The notes under the pieces were generated by a model. It searched no databases and had not been told where the DNA came from. It saw only the letters and a program-made list of their open reading frames with translations. Positions 17,696 through 25,841 of a DNA stretch of 55,884 nt are shown here, in pieces; the first letter of the stretch is position 1; every line of letters begins with the position of its first letter. The DNA lies in contig JAZRYT010000160.1 of the NCBI GenBank assembly GCA_045600905.1, forward strand, positions 1 to 55,884, written 5' to 3'. Origin of the DNA: Bacteroidales bacterium. Lineage in GTDB: Bacteria > Bacteroidota > Bacteroidia > Bacteroidales > WCHB1-69. The translations under genes and the position numbers were made by a program.

Positions 17696-18790
17696 TTACA
17701 GACTGAACTTGTGAACAGTATTCTGTTCGTGGATGGTGACCCAGAGCTTTTTGTCTCTGATGTTGTAAATTGAATTATGCGCGGTATCCCACCATTCCGT
17801 TTCTTCGCGCAAACCGTTTTGTTCAACATAGGCTTTCTCAACCATCCATTCTTCCTCCTGTGAAATAAGATAACCGTCTGAACTGGATTGATAAGAAGAA
17901 ATTTCAGAATAGGGAATGCCGAATAGTGGTGCGATTTCTGAGTACCATTTGTTTTCCGCCAAGTATGAATTGGTGTATCTAACACGTTTCATAAGGCTCC
18001 ACATACTCTCCATATTTACGCCTCCTTCGGCATAATGTTCTTTGAGGATATTGTATCGTTCTACTCCCATAGCATAATCAGGGATTTCATCCATATACAA
18101 ATGGTAATTGGTCATAATGTTTTGAGGTTTTGCCACAATCTGGTTGTTTATGATTTCGACGACGTACGTTTCCTTCGGGTCAGATACCATAAGATGAAGG
18201 TTCGTTTTTTCAGATCCAAATGGGGTGATGATATGGCTTTCTAAATAGTCTATGGCTTCTTGCACAGAAGCGCAATTATCTATCAATGCACGTATGGCAG
18301 AATGGATGTTCAATTCAGGAGCGCCCGGGTTGGTACCCGTATGAGGAATAGATCCCGCGTCAGACTTGGCTACCACGTTGGCAGTAACAACAAGTCCTTT
18401 CTCGTTCATACCATCAACCAAAGCCCAAGGCAGAATCTTGATTTGTCGATCTATCAACCCGGCATCTATCATAGCATTGTTGACTTTGGACAGACGTGCG
18501 ACACCAATGGTCGCATAACGGCCTCTCTTGGCGGTAGTGTGAACCACGAATATGGCTGATTTATTCATATAATAGTCGAAATTTCGTCCAACATAATCAC
18601 CGTTTCGAACACAGGAGCACGCCATTTCTCCACTAAATTCCTGATATGTGCCGACAGGTTCTTCACTATAGGTGTCGTAGCTCACCTCATAGAGCATATC
18701 CGCTATTTTAGTGAAATTTACTGTTTTTTCTTTGTCGCAACTTGTAAAGATTAAAGCGCAGATGCCTAATATCAAAAATATCTTTTTCAT
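17696..18790 (-). CDS. Lipoprotein Ntn-hydrolase (linear amide C-N hydrolase / C45-C59-like)
   Basis: Lipobox IFTSC, internal A/CSCVRNGDYVGRNFDY nucleophile segment, DGMNEKGL, TNYH and RY..L motifs. Confidence 0.8.
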   Translation of the reverse strand: MKKIFLILGICALIFTSCDKEKTVNFTKIADMLYEVSYDTYSEEPVGTYQEFSGEMACSCVRNGDYVGRNFDYYMNKSAIFVVHTTAKRGRYATIGVARLSKVNNAMIDAGLIDRQIKILPWALVDGMNEKGLVVTANVVAKSDAGSIPHTGTNPGAPELNIHSAIRALIDNCASVQEAIDYLESHIITPFGSEKTNLHLMVSDPKETYVVEIINNQIVAKPQNIMTNYHLYMDEIPDYAMGVERYNILKEHYAEGGVNMESMWSLMKRVRYTNSYLAENKWYSEIAPLFGIPYSEISSYQSSSDGYLISQEEEWMVEKAYVEQNGLREETEWWDTAHNSIYNIRDKKLWVTIHEQNTVHKFSL

Positions 18791-18861
18791 AGATGAATCG
18801 TGAAATTTTGTTCAAATAAACTTTTTCAACTACCAGAGAATGTAATCCTGACGGATATTTT

Positions 18862-18895
18862 AAAAAGAGACCGCCCATCAGGACGGTCTCTTTTT
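18862..18895 (-). terminator. Intrinsic terminator of the 2-oxoacid oxidoreductase operon
   Basis: AAAAAGAGACCG...CGGTCTCTTTTT. Confidence 0.85.
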
Positions 18896-18915
18896 ATATA
18901 ATAATATCAACTATA

Positions 18916-19467
18916 TTATAAAGTGTGATACGGTTTGAGAATGCCTTTACCGATTTCAACAGCTTCCTCGTTCTTAGGAATGAGGTGGTGGTGACGTTCG
19001 GGAAGGGATTTTTCAAGACCTTTGTGCAACATTTCAGGTGTTACGAGGGGTTTCACAGCGAGGAAACCGCCGAGCACGATCATATTGAACAATTTGGCGA
19101 TACCGAGTTCGTTGGCTTTGTCAGCGGCAGCAACTTGATAGATGTTGATGTCTTTACGAGTCGGGTGATTGCTGATGCCGTTCGGGTCGTAAATCAAAAG
19201 ACCGCCGGGTTTTACGGAATTCTCGAACTTGTCCATAGACTGTTGATTCAGAATGATGGCAGTGTCGAATTGGTTAAGATAAGGAGAGCAGATGCGCTCG
19301 TCGCTCAAGATAACGGTGACGTTAGAAGTACCACCACGCATTTCAGGACCGTAGGAAGGCAACCAGCTAACTTCTTTATCTTGCATAATGCCGGCGTAAG
19401 CCAAAATCTTACCCATAGAGAGCACACCTTGACCGCCGAAGCCTGCTATAATTATTTCTTCTGTCAT
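18916..19467 (-). CDS. 2-oxoacid:ferredoxin oxidoreductase gamma subunit
   Basis: IAGFGGQGVLSMG and PSYGPEMRGGT motifs. Confidence 0.93.
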   Translation of the reverse strand: MTEEIIIAGFGGQGVLSMGKILAYAGIMQDKEVSWLPSYGPEMRGGTSNVTVILSDERICSPYLNQFDTAIILNQQSMDKFENSVKPGGLLIYDPNGISNHPTRKDINIYQVAAADKANELGIAKLFNMIVLGGFLAVKPLVTPEMLHKGLEKSLPERHHHLIPKNEEAVEIGKGILKPYHTL

Positions 19468-19489
19468 TTCTTTGTGAATTTTAAATTAA

Positions 19490-20332
19490 CTATTTTTTTC
19501 TCAATGAGTAGATTGTTTCATTGGGTTGGTCGAATGTGCCGACGCGTTCGATGAATTTAGGATCGAATTTGCCATCAACCTTCATATCGCCCAGCGGGAA
19601 GAATTTCAATGTGTTTTCTTCCATCCACTTGTTAGCTTGAATAGGGGTCATTTTCCAACCGGAGTTGCAGTTGGAGGTTACTTCTACGAAGGAAACGCCC
19701 TTGTTGAGTTTCTGGTTTTCGAAAGCCTGACGGATGGCTTTTTTACATTTGCGAGCCAATGCCGGGGTATATACAGCCTGACGGGTTACATAGTATGTGC
19801 CAGGAAGTTGAGCCAGCATTTCGGTCATTCTCATCGTGTGGCCCATGATTTCGGGATCACGACCGTAAGGGCAGGTGACGGTTTCCATACCTTCGAGGGT
19901 GGTGGGAGCCATTTGACCGCCGGTCATGCCGTAGATACCGTTGTTGATGAAAATCATAGTGATGTTTTCGCCACGGTTGCAAGCATGAAGGACTTCAGCA
20001 GCACCGATGGAAGCCAAGTCGCCATCACCTTGATAGGAGAAAACGAAGGTTTCGGGGCGGAGACGTTTGATAGCGGAAGCGCAGGCAGGAGCACGGCCGT
20101 GAGCTGCTTCTACGAAGTCAACGTCAAAATAGTTGTATGCCAATACAGAACAGCCGACCGGGGAAATACCGATGACATTGTCCTGGATGCCCATTTCTTC
20201 GATAACTTCGGCGATGATTCTGTGAACGACGCCGTGACCGCAACCTGGGCAATAGTGCATTACGTTGTCGGTGAGGACCGGCGTACGTCTGTACACTAAG
20301 TTTTCGGGTTTAATTATATCTTCTCTTGTCAT
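19490..20332 (-). CDS. 2-oxoacid:ferredoxin oxidoreductase beta (TPP-binding) subunit
   Basis: YCPGCGHG, PVGCS, AHGRA and YQGDGDLASIG...NNGIYGMTGGQ motifs. Confidence 0.93.
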   Translation of the reverse strand: MTREDIIKPENLVYRRTPVLTDNVMHYCPGCGHGVVHRIIAEVIEEMGIQDNVIGISPVGCSVLAYNYFDVDFVEAAHGRAPACASAIKRLRPETFVFSYQGDGDLASIGAAEVLHACNRGENITMIFINNGIYGMTGGQMAPTTLEGMETVTCPYGRDPEIMGHTMRMTEMLAQLPGTYYVTRQAVYTPALARKCKKAIRQAFENQKLNKGVSFVEVTSNCNSGWKMTPIQANKWMEENTLKFFPLGDMKVDGKFDPKFIERVGTFDQPNETIYSLRKK

Positions 20333-20349
20333 AATTTCTAAACATTAAA

Positions 20350-21429
20350 TTATTTAACCATTTTTTTCAAAGCATCGAGAATTTCGATAGGAGTCGGGAT
20401 GACACCACCGTAACGGCCATAATGTTCAACAGGAACCTTGCAGTCAACTGCGAGTTTCACGTCTTCCATCATTTGACCGGCATTCATTTCGACGCTTAAG
20501 ATCTTCTTCATGCGGCCACCGATTTCCTTGACGGCTTTGGTCGGGAACGGCCACAATGTGATCGGGCGAATCAAACCGACCTTGGTGCCTTCGGCGCGAG
20601 CGAGTTCCATAGACTTCATACAGATACGGGCTGCGGAGCCGTATGCTACGAACAGATATTCGGCGTCGTCGCAGTTGATAGCTTCGTAACGAGCGTCTTC
20701 TTCTTCGCATTTTCTGTATTTGGCTTGGATTCTTTCGTTGATAGCTTCCTGTTTGAGGGCTTCCAATTCAAGAGAAGTAACGATTCTGTGTTTGCCGGTG
20801 GAACGGTGACCCGTTGCAGCCCACGGACAGTTTTGTTCGATATATTCGTTGGTCCAACGAGGTTGGTAGTCGTCAACCATGACTTTTTCCATAACCTGAC
20901 CGATGACACCATCAGAAAGGATGGCAACGGGGTTTCTGTATTTGAAGGCCAAGTCGAAGCCGAGTCCTACAAAGTCATACATTTCCTGTACGGAAGCGGG
21001 AGCGAGGGTGATGAGTCTGTAGTCACCGTGGCCGCCGCCCTTGGTTGTCTGGAAATAGTCGGATTGAGAAGGTTGGATGGTACCGAGGCCTGGACCGCCA
21101 CGTACGACGTTCACGCACAAAGCAGGAAGTTCAGCACCTGCAATGTAGGAAAGACCTTCCTGCATCAGGGAGAAACCAGGAGAAGAGGAAGATGTCATAA
21201 CGCGTTTGCCTGCAGCTGCGCCAGCATATACCATATTGATAGATGCGAGTTCGCTTTCGGCTTGAAGTACAACCATACCGGTTGTCAAATATGGTCTTTC
21301 AGCCATCAAATGCTCGAGAACCTCACTCTGCGGGGTGATAGGATATCCGAAATAACCGTCGGCACCGCAACGAATGGCAGCCTCAGCAATGGCTTGATTA
21401 CCCTTCATCAATTTTAATTCTTTTGCCAT
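20350..21429 (-). CDS. vorB: 2-oxoacid:ferredoxin oxidoreductase alpha subunit (3-methyl-2-oxobutanoate dehydrogenase VorB type)
   Basis: MKGNQAIAEAAI, GYPITPQSE, QAESELA and RGGPGLGTIQPSQSDY motifs. Confidence 0.92.
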   Translation of the reverse strand: MAKELKLMKGNQAIAEAAIRCGADGYFGYPITPQSEVLEHLMAERPYLTTGMVVLQAESELASINMVYAGAAAGKRVMTSSSSPGFSLMQEGLSYIAGAELPALCVNVVRGGPGLGTIQPSQSDYFQTTKGGGHGDYRLITLAPASVQEMYDFVGLGFDLAFKYRNPVAILSDGVIGQVMEKVMVDDYQPRWTNEYIEQNCPWAATGHRSTGKHRIVTSLELEALKQEAINERIQAKYRKCEEEDARYEAINCDDAEYLFVAYGSAARICMKSMELARAEGTKVGLIRPITLWPFPTKAVKEIGGRMKKILSVEMNAGQMMEDVKLAVDCKVPVEHYGRYGGVIPTPIEILDALKKMVK

Positions 21430-21489
21430 TTTACTAAGTTGTTTGGTTTGTTAATTGTTGTTTTTAATTCTGATTTTGAAAGCTCGGGA

Positions 21490-21714
21490 TTATTCAGCCT
21501 TAGCGCGATAGACCTCGATAACGCCGTCTGGGCAGATAACTGCACAGCTTGCGCAACCTACGCAGGCGTCTTCGTTTACCATCTCAAGGTAATTGTAACC
21601 CTTTGCATTTACGTGTTTGGAAAGTGCGATGCACTGGTTCGGGCATCCTGTGATGCAGACGCCGCAACCTTTACACTTCTCAGTGTCAATGATTAAAGCT
21701 CCTTTAAATGCCAT
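21490..21714 (-). CDS. 2[4Fe-4S] ferredoxin (delta subunit)
   Basis: Two CxxCxxCxxxCP motifs; first gene of the operon. Confidence 0.93.
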   Translation of the reverse strand: MAFKGALIIDTEKCKGCGVCITGCPNQCIALSKHVNAKGYNYLEMVNEDACVGCASCAVICPDGVIEVYRAKAE

Positions 21715-21781
21715 AATTTTTTAATTTAACTGGTTATTAATTTGGTTGTTAGATAAATTTTCTACTAGAAAAAAGCGACTG

Positions 21782-21789
21782 CAAAGATA
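21782..21789 (-). promoter_or_regulatory. -7 promoter box for the oxidoreductase operon
   Basis: TATCTTTG on the minus strand. Confidence 0.7.
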
Positions 21790-21815
21790 GTAATTTTTTC
21801 TCTCTCTGCAAATAC

Positions 21816-22562
21816 TTATTTCAAATCAAACTCGAAAGTGTCGCCGGGAGCTTTTTCCGTAGGCTCTTGGCCGAAGCGGAGCACAATCATCTTGCGGGTG
21901 CCGCGAAGCGTGATTCTCTCGTGATCCACCCAGAGGGCTGTGCCTTCGCGCAAGCCGGCAACAGCCTTCTCCTGGTTGACGGCCAGATATTCGTTAATGC
22001 GGATTTGACGCGTTTCCCCACCGTGACGGATGGCATCGTTGATTTCCTCTGGATACGGGTCAATGTAGTGTGGATTGATTTGGAAGGGAACCAAATCTAG
22101 ACATTTGAAACTTTCGGGCATTACGATGGGCATATCGTTGGTGGTGCACAATGTGGGGCAAGCCACGTTGGAGCCTGCGCTCCAGCCGATGTAGGGCGTG
22201 CCTTCCATCACTTTGCGGCGAATGGCCTCGATGAGCTTGTTGCGGTGCAACTCGGCGACCAAGTGGAATGTGTTGCCGCCACCCACCATGATGATGTCCG
22301 CATTATTGATGACTTCCACCGGATTCTCAGATGAATGGGTGGAGATGATTTTCTTGCCGAATTTGTCGAAGACCTTTTGAACACGCTCTGTATAAGCATC
22401 GTAGCTGGCTGGATAGACTTTTCCCGCCACATCTACGCCGGCGTAGGGGACAAATGCGATGTTCTTGGCTGTGCCCTGCAGGAATTCTTCGATGAGCGGT
22501 TGGCACCAACCTAAATACGGTTCTTTGTAATTTGTTGAATTGCTGATTAATAACAGTTTCAT
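21816..22562 (-). CDS. pepE: Dipeptidase E (peptidase S51)
   Basis: LLLISNS, VGGGNTF, GWSAGSNVACPT, INPHY and GETRQIRI motifs. Confidence 0.93.
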   Translation of the reverse strand: MKLLLISNSTNYKEPYLGWCQPLIEEFLQGTAKNIAFVPYAGVDVAGKVYPASYDAYTERVQKVFDKFGKKIISTHSSENPVEVINNADIIMVGGGNTFHLVAELHRNKLIEAIRRKVMEGTPYIGWSAGSNVACPTLCTTNDMPIVMPESFKCLDLVPFQINPHYIDPYPEEINDAIRHGGETRQIRINEYLAVNQEKAVAGLREGTALWVDHERITLRGTRKMIVLRFGQEPTEKAPGDTFEFDLK

Positions 22563-22581
22563 AATCGTATTGTTTATAGGG

Positions 22582-23457
22582 TTAGTATTCTAGTTTGCGA
22601 AGACGTTCAACCACGTCGGGACGGTCTTCCTTGTATGTCACACCGAACCATTCGGCTTCGCTGTGCAGCACTTTTACTTGTGCCATGTTGTTCTGCATCA
22701 GATAGGCAATCACGTTGGGTATGGGGAACTCCGCCGTGACATTGTTATGGTTTGCTTGCAGAAATTCGACGAAAAGGCCGTTCAGACAATTGAAGAACTC
22801 CGGTGTGAAGCCCCAGAAATTCATAGAAACGGGTTCCGTGCCAGTGAATTTGCCGTAGAGGCCGTCTTCGATGTTCTCAATGCCGTTTTCCGTGTAGCCG
22901 AGTTTGCGGTTCTCGACAATCGTTTTGAGCAGCCCGTTTTCATCGGTGCTGCACACGCCGCGCGATACGGTGCCGTTTTTGGATAAGGTCTTATCCAGAC
23001 GGTATCCGACCATCGCGTAGGTCGGCGGGGTGGTCTGTTCGCCGTTCATCAGAAAGTCGGCCATCACTTGGAAGGCTTCTTTTCCGTAGAAATCGTCCGC
23101 ATTGATAACGGTGAAAGGCTCTTTGACGGCATCTTTGGCCACCAGGATGGCGTGTGCGGTACCGTAGGGCTTTTTACGCTCCGGGTTGACTGAGTATCCA
23201 TCTGGCAGCATATCCAACTCCTGGAAAACATATTGCACGGGGATTTTGTCCGCGTAGCGCGGCAAAACGTATTTCTTGAAATCTTCCTCCATCGTGCGAC
23301 GGATGACGAAAACGACTTTCCCGTAACCGCTTTCCAAAGCGTAACGAACGGAATAGTCCATAATGGTCTCACCGTTGGGACCCATTTGGTCCAACTGCTT
23401 GAGTCCACCGTAACGGCTGCCCATTCCGGCAGCAAGAATCAATAGTGTTGGGGTCAT
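22582..23457 (-). CDS. Sugar-phosphate nucleotidyltransferase family protein
   Basis: LILAAGMGSRYGGLKQ, PYGTAHA and VINADDFYG motifs. Confidence 0.88.
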   Translation of the reverse strand: MTPTLLILAAGMGSRYGGLKQLDQMGPNGETIMDYSVRYALESGYGKVVFVIRRTMEEDFKKYVLPRYADKIPVQYVFQELDMLPDGYSVNPERKKPYGTAHAILVAKDAVKEPFTVINADDFYGKEAFQVMADFLMNGEQTTPPTYAMVGYRLDKTLSKNGTVSRGVCSTDENGLLKTIVENRKLGYTENGIENIEDGLYGKFTGTEPVSMNFWGFTPEFFNCLNGLFVEFLQANHNNVTAEFPIPNVIAYLMQNNMAQVKVLHSEAEWFGVTYKEDRPDVVERLRKLEY

Positions 23458-23460
23458 TAT

Positions 23461-23570
23461 GTTAAGGGGTTAAGGGGTTAATGGGTTAATGCGATATTGT
23501 GTGAAATGGTTAATGATTAATGGTGACGCGCTATTATACTTGAAACCTGAAACTTGAAATCTGAAACCTA
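23461..23570 (-). repeat. Dispersed intergenic mosaic element, copy B, with heptamer flanks
   Basis: Minus strand reads (GGTTTCA)n-GTTTCAAGTATAATAGCGCGTC-CATTAATCATTAACCATTTCACACAATATCGCATTAACC-(TTAACCC)n. Confidence 0.8.
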
Positions 23571-24872
23571 CTAAGGCGCCATATTCAGGTATTCATCGTA
23601 CATTGAGTCTTCGATTTGGGCGAGTTGTTCGTTGATGTAGTGCTTGATGAGATATTTGTCGGAGCGGCTTTCGCAAATCATACGGAGCGCCTGGTTGACT
23701 TCGTGGATGGTTCCCACGCATTCAAAGGGTTTGTATTTGGAAATGCCGCTAAGCTCATCAAAGTATTGCTCGAGTTCCTTTTTGTTAAGGAGGTCTTCGC
23801 CGAAAATCTCAATCATCGTTTGGTCGTCAATGAAAGGTGAAAGGATGATGTAGGCGAAGAGGCATTTCGGACAGTTGCAGCACCATTTGTTCTCTTTGCT
23901 TCCGGCATTGCAGCTTTTGAATACGGGGAAATATTGCGGATGGGTGGCGAATTTTTCAGCAATCTGTAATTCAGTGAGTTGTCGAAGATGACTGTAGTAA
24001 TGGTTGCAGCTGTTCATATATTCATCCACGTAGTTTCTGAAATCTACTTCGAATTCCAGCGATTTGGAATATTGGTGGTTGATGTACGTACCGGGGATGG
24101 TCGGTTCGTTGGCTGAGGACTCGTTGGAAAGGGCGACATCGCGGATGCCGGTCACGGCGCTCAGCAAGGTGGAGTAAAAGGCCAACATTGCGGAAAACGG
24201 TGTGTGTCCGTTCAAATAGCCCTGTTTGTTGAGTTCGAGCAGTTGGGGTGCGATTTCGCGATGAAGGATGATGATTTGGTCTTCATCGCCGAATCCTGCG
24301 ATACGGGCACAATCCAAGGTGGCTCCGCGCGGATTGATGATGAAAGGCACGACCTCGCGTTTGGTACGCAGATCCTCCAACGTGACAACGGAATCCTTGC
24401 CTCCGCCGATAGGCACGATCACGCGGTCCCCGTCAGCTGTCGTGGAGAAGTCGATGCTCTCGTATGATTTTGCATCGTCTTCGAAGGAGAAGTTTATAAA
24501 ATCTTGAAATTCAACATGTATGTTGTTCTTGTAGGAAAATTCCCCAAGACCTTTCCAATAGAGCTTTGCCCACCATAGTTGCTGTTCGTCGTTTAAAACG
24601 TAAGGCTTGATATGGATGATGGGGCTGCAGGTGCATTTCCAATAGCTGATTAATTCTATCATTCCGATATTGAAAATGATACCGTCCAAAATCTTTGGAT
24701 CTGCAGGCCATTGCGCGTGGCAACCCGGGTGGAGCACCATCTTGGGCTTGAAGACGATATCTTTGCCGATACTGAAATGGAACTCTAGATGTAAAGCGTT
24801 GTTCTCTATCCTATAATGGTATCCTTCGTAAGTGAACGTAGGATATTGCTTACGTAATTTTTCAAAATTCAT
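23571..24872 (-). CDS. murL: Probable UDP-MurNAc-L-Ala-L-Glu epimerase (MurL-like)
   Basis: PP-loop-like VPIGGGKDS, NGHTPFSA, SNESSANEP, NHQYSKS, SCN, WCCNCPKCLF and KPFECVG motifs. Confidence 0.75.
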   Translation of the reverse strand: MNFEKLRKQYPTFTYEGYHYRIENNALHLEFHFSIGKDIVFKPKMVLHPGCHAQWPADPKILDGIIFNIGMIELISYWKCTCSPIIHIKPYVLNDEQQLWWAKLYWKGLGEFSYKNNIHVEFQDFINFSFEDDAKSYESIDFSTTADGDRVIVPIGGGKDSVVTLEDLRTKREVVPFIINPRGATLDCARIAGFGDEDQIIILHREIAPQLLELNKQGYLNGHTPFSAMLAFYSTLLSAVTGIRDVALSNESSANEPTIPGTYINHQYSKSLEFEVDFRNYVDEYMNSCNHYYSHLRQLTELQIAEKFATHPQYFPVFKSCNAGSKENKWCCNCPKCLFAYIILSPFIDDQTMIEIFGEDLLNKKELEQYFDELSGISKYKPFECVGTIHEVNQALRMICESRSDKYLIKHYINEQLAQIEDSMYDEYLNMAP

Positions 24873-24954
24873 AGGCGTCTAAAAATGCAGGTGAAAATCA
24901 ATAAGGTGAAATATTCAAATCCTCCTTGATTATTTCACCTTTATTTGTTATTCG

Positions 24955-25374
24955 TTATTTTTGTACCCTTACTTTGGATTCTCTGGTCCAATCAACGGTC
25001 ATGCCGAAAAGAGATACGCCGAGGTAGCCTCTCATTTTCAATGTTTTCTTGTCGTTGACCATTTTGATGTAGGTTTTGTATGTGCCTTTTTTACCGGGAT
25101 ATTTTAATTTTCCGTTTTGGTATTCGTTTTCTTTGGCATTATAGGTGAGTCCGGTCATAAACACCAAACCGAGTTGGTTTTTCTTTTTAGGATTCTCAAC
25201 CCAAACTACCTTTGCTTCGTAGGTGCCGTCCGCAGCTTTGTATATCTGGCATTGCGAACCTTCTTTGGAAAAAGGATCCACTGAATGGAAAATACCGCAG
25301 ATATCATCGGCCTTTTGAGCGAATAAAGCAGTACCAAGTAGAATGACGAATAGTGTTAAGATGCTCTTTTTCAT
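24955..25374 (-). CDS. DUF2147 family secreted protein
   Basis: Signal peptide ...LFA/QK, ADDICG, IYK..DGTYEAKVVW, and LKMRGYLGVSLFG..VDWTR. Confidence 0.85.
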   Translation of the reverse strand: MKKSILTLFVILLGTALFAQKADDICGIFHSVDPFSKEGSQCQIYKAADGTYEAKVVWVENPKKKNQLGLVFMTGLTYNAKENEYQNGKLKYPGKKGTYKTYIKMVNDKKTLKMRGYLGVSLFGMTVDWTRESKVRVQK

Positions 25375-25409
25375 TATATTGTTTGTTTAGTTGTTAGGAT
25401 ATCAATGTT

Positions 25410-25664
25410 TTAAAAATCGATGTTGGGTTTAAAGCGGCCATGCTGAAACCGAGCGGCAAAAATAATACAATTATCTATAAAATGGACTAACAATGTTGTA
25501 GTTTCTCCATCCTTCAGCACATAATACAAATGCATAACCTTTTGGCACGTGTCGCGACCAACTTTCATTCCATAATCTTTGGCATGTCCCCATAATTTTG
25601 AAATTTCAGACTTCCAATCCACAGCTTCATGTTCTTCCGTCAACAGGTTGATGTCCTTGCCCAT
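25410..25664 (-). pseudogene. Truncated YkvA/DUF1232-like gene
   Basis: KLWGHAKDYGMKVGRDTCQKVMHLYYVLKDGETT resembles YkvA N-termini. The conserved YxIxPxDxIPD part is missing and the frame runs into the DUF2147 promoter. Confidence 0.5.
25457..25464 (-). promoter_or_regulatory. -7 promoter box for DUF2147 and possibly murL-nucleotidyltransferase-pepE
   Basis: TATTTTTG-CCGC on the minus strand. Confidence 0.65.
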
Positions 25665-25841
25665 AATCACATAGGCCAACAATGTGATAACAGATAATAA
25701 CAAGCATAATTTTTGAATTTAAGATTGATAACTGTTTCTAGAGAGAGTGTGGAGTTCGGGATAATCTATCGGTGACAGCAATTTTTTTCTGAATTATCCC
25801 TTTTAAGTTTGAAGGTTATTAAGGGACATGGTTCAAAAGAT

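Noticed and set aside
25755-25802. Short inverted repeat GGGATAAT...ATTATCCC after the AAA ATPase as IS ends
   Set aside because: Only 8 bp, no transposase or target duplication; may be a weak terminator or chance.
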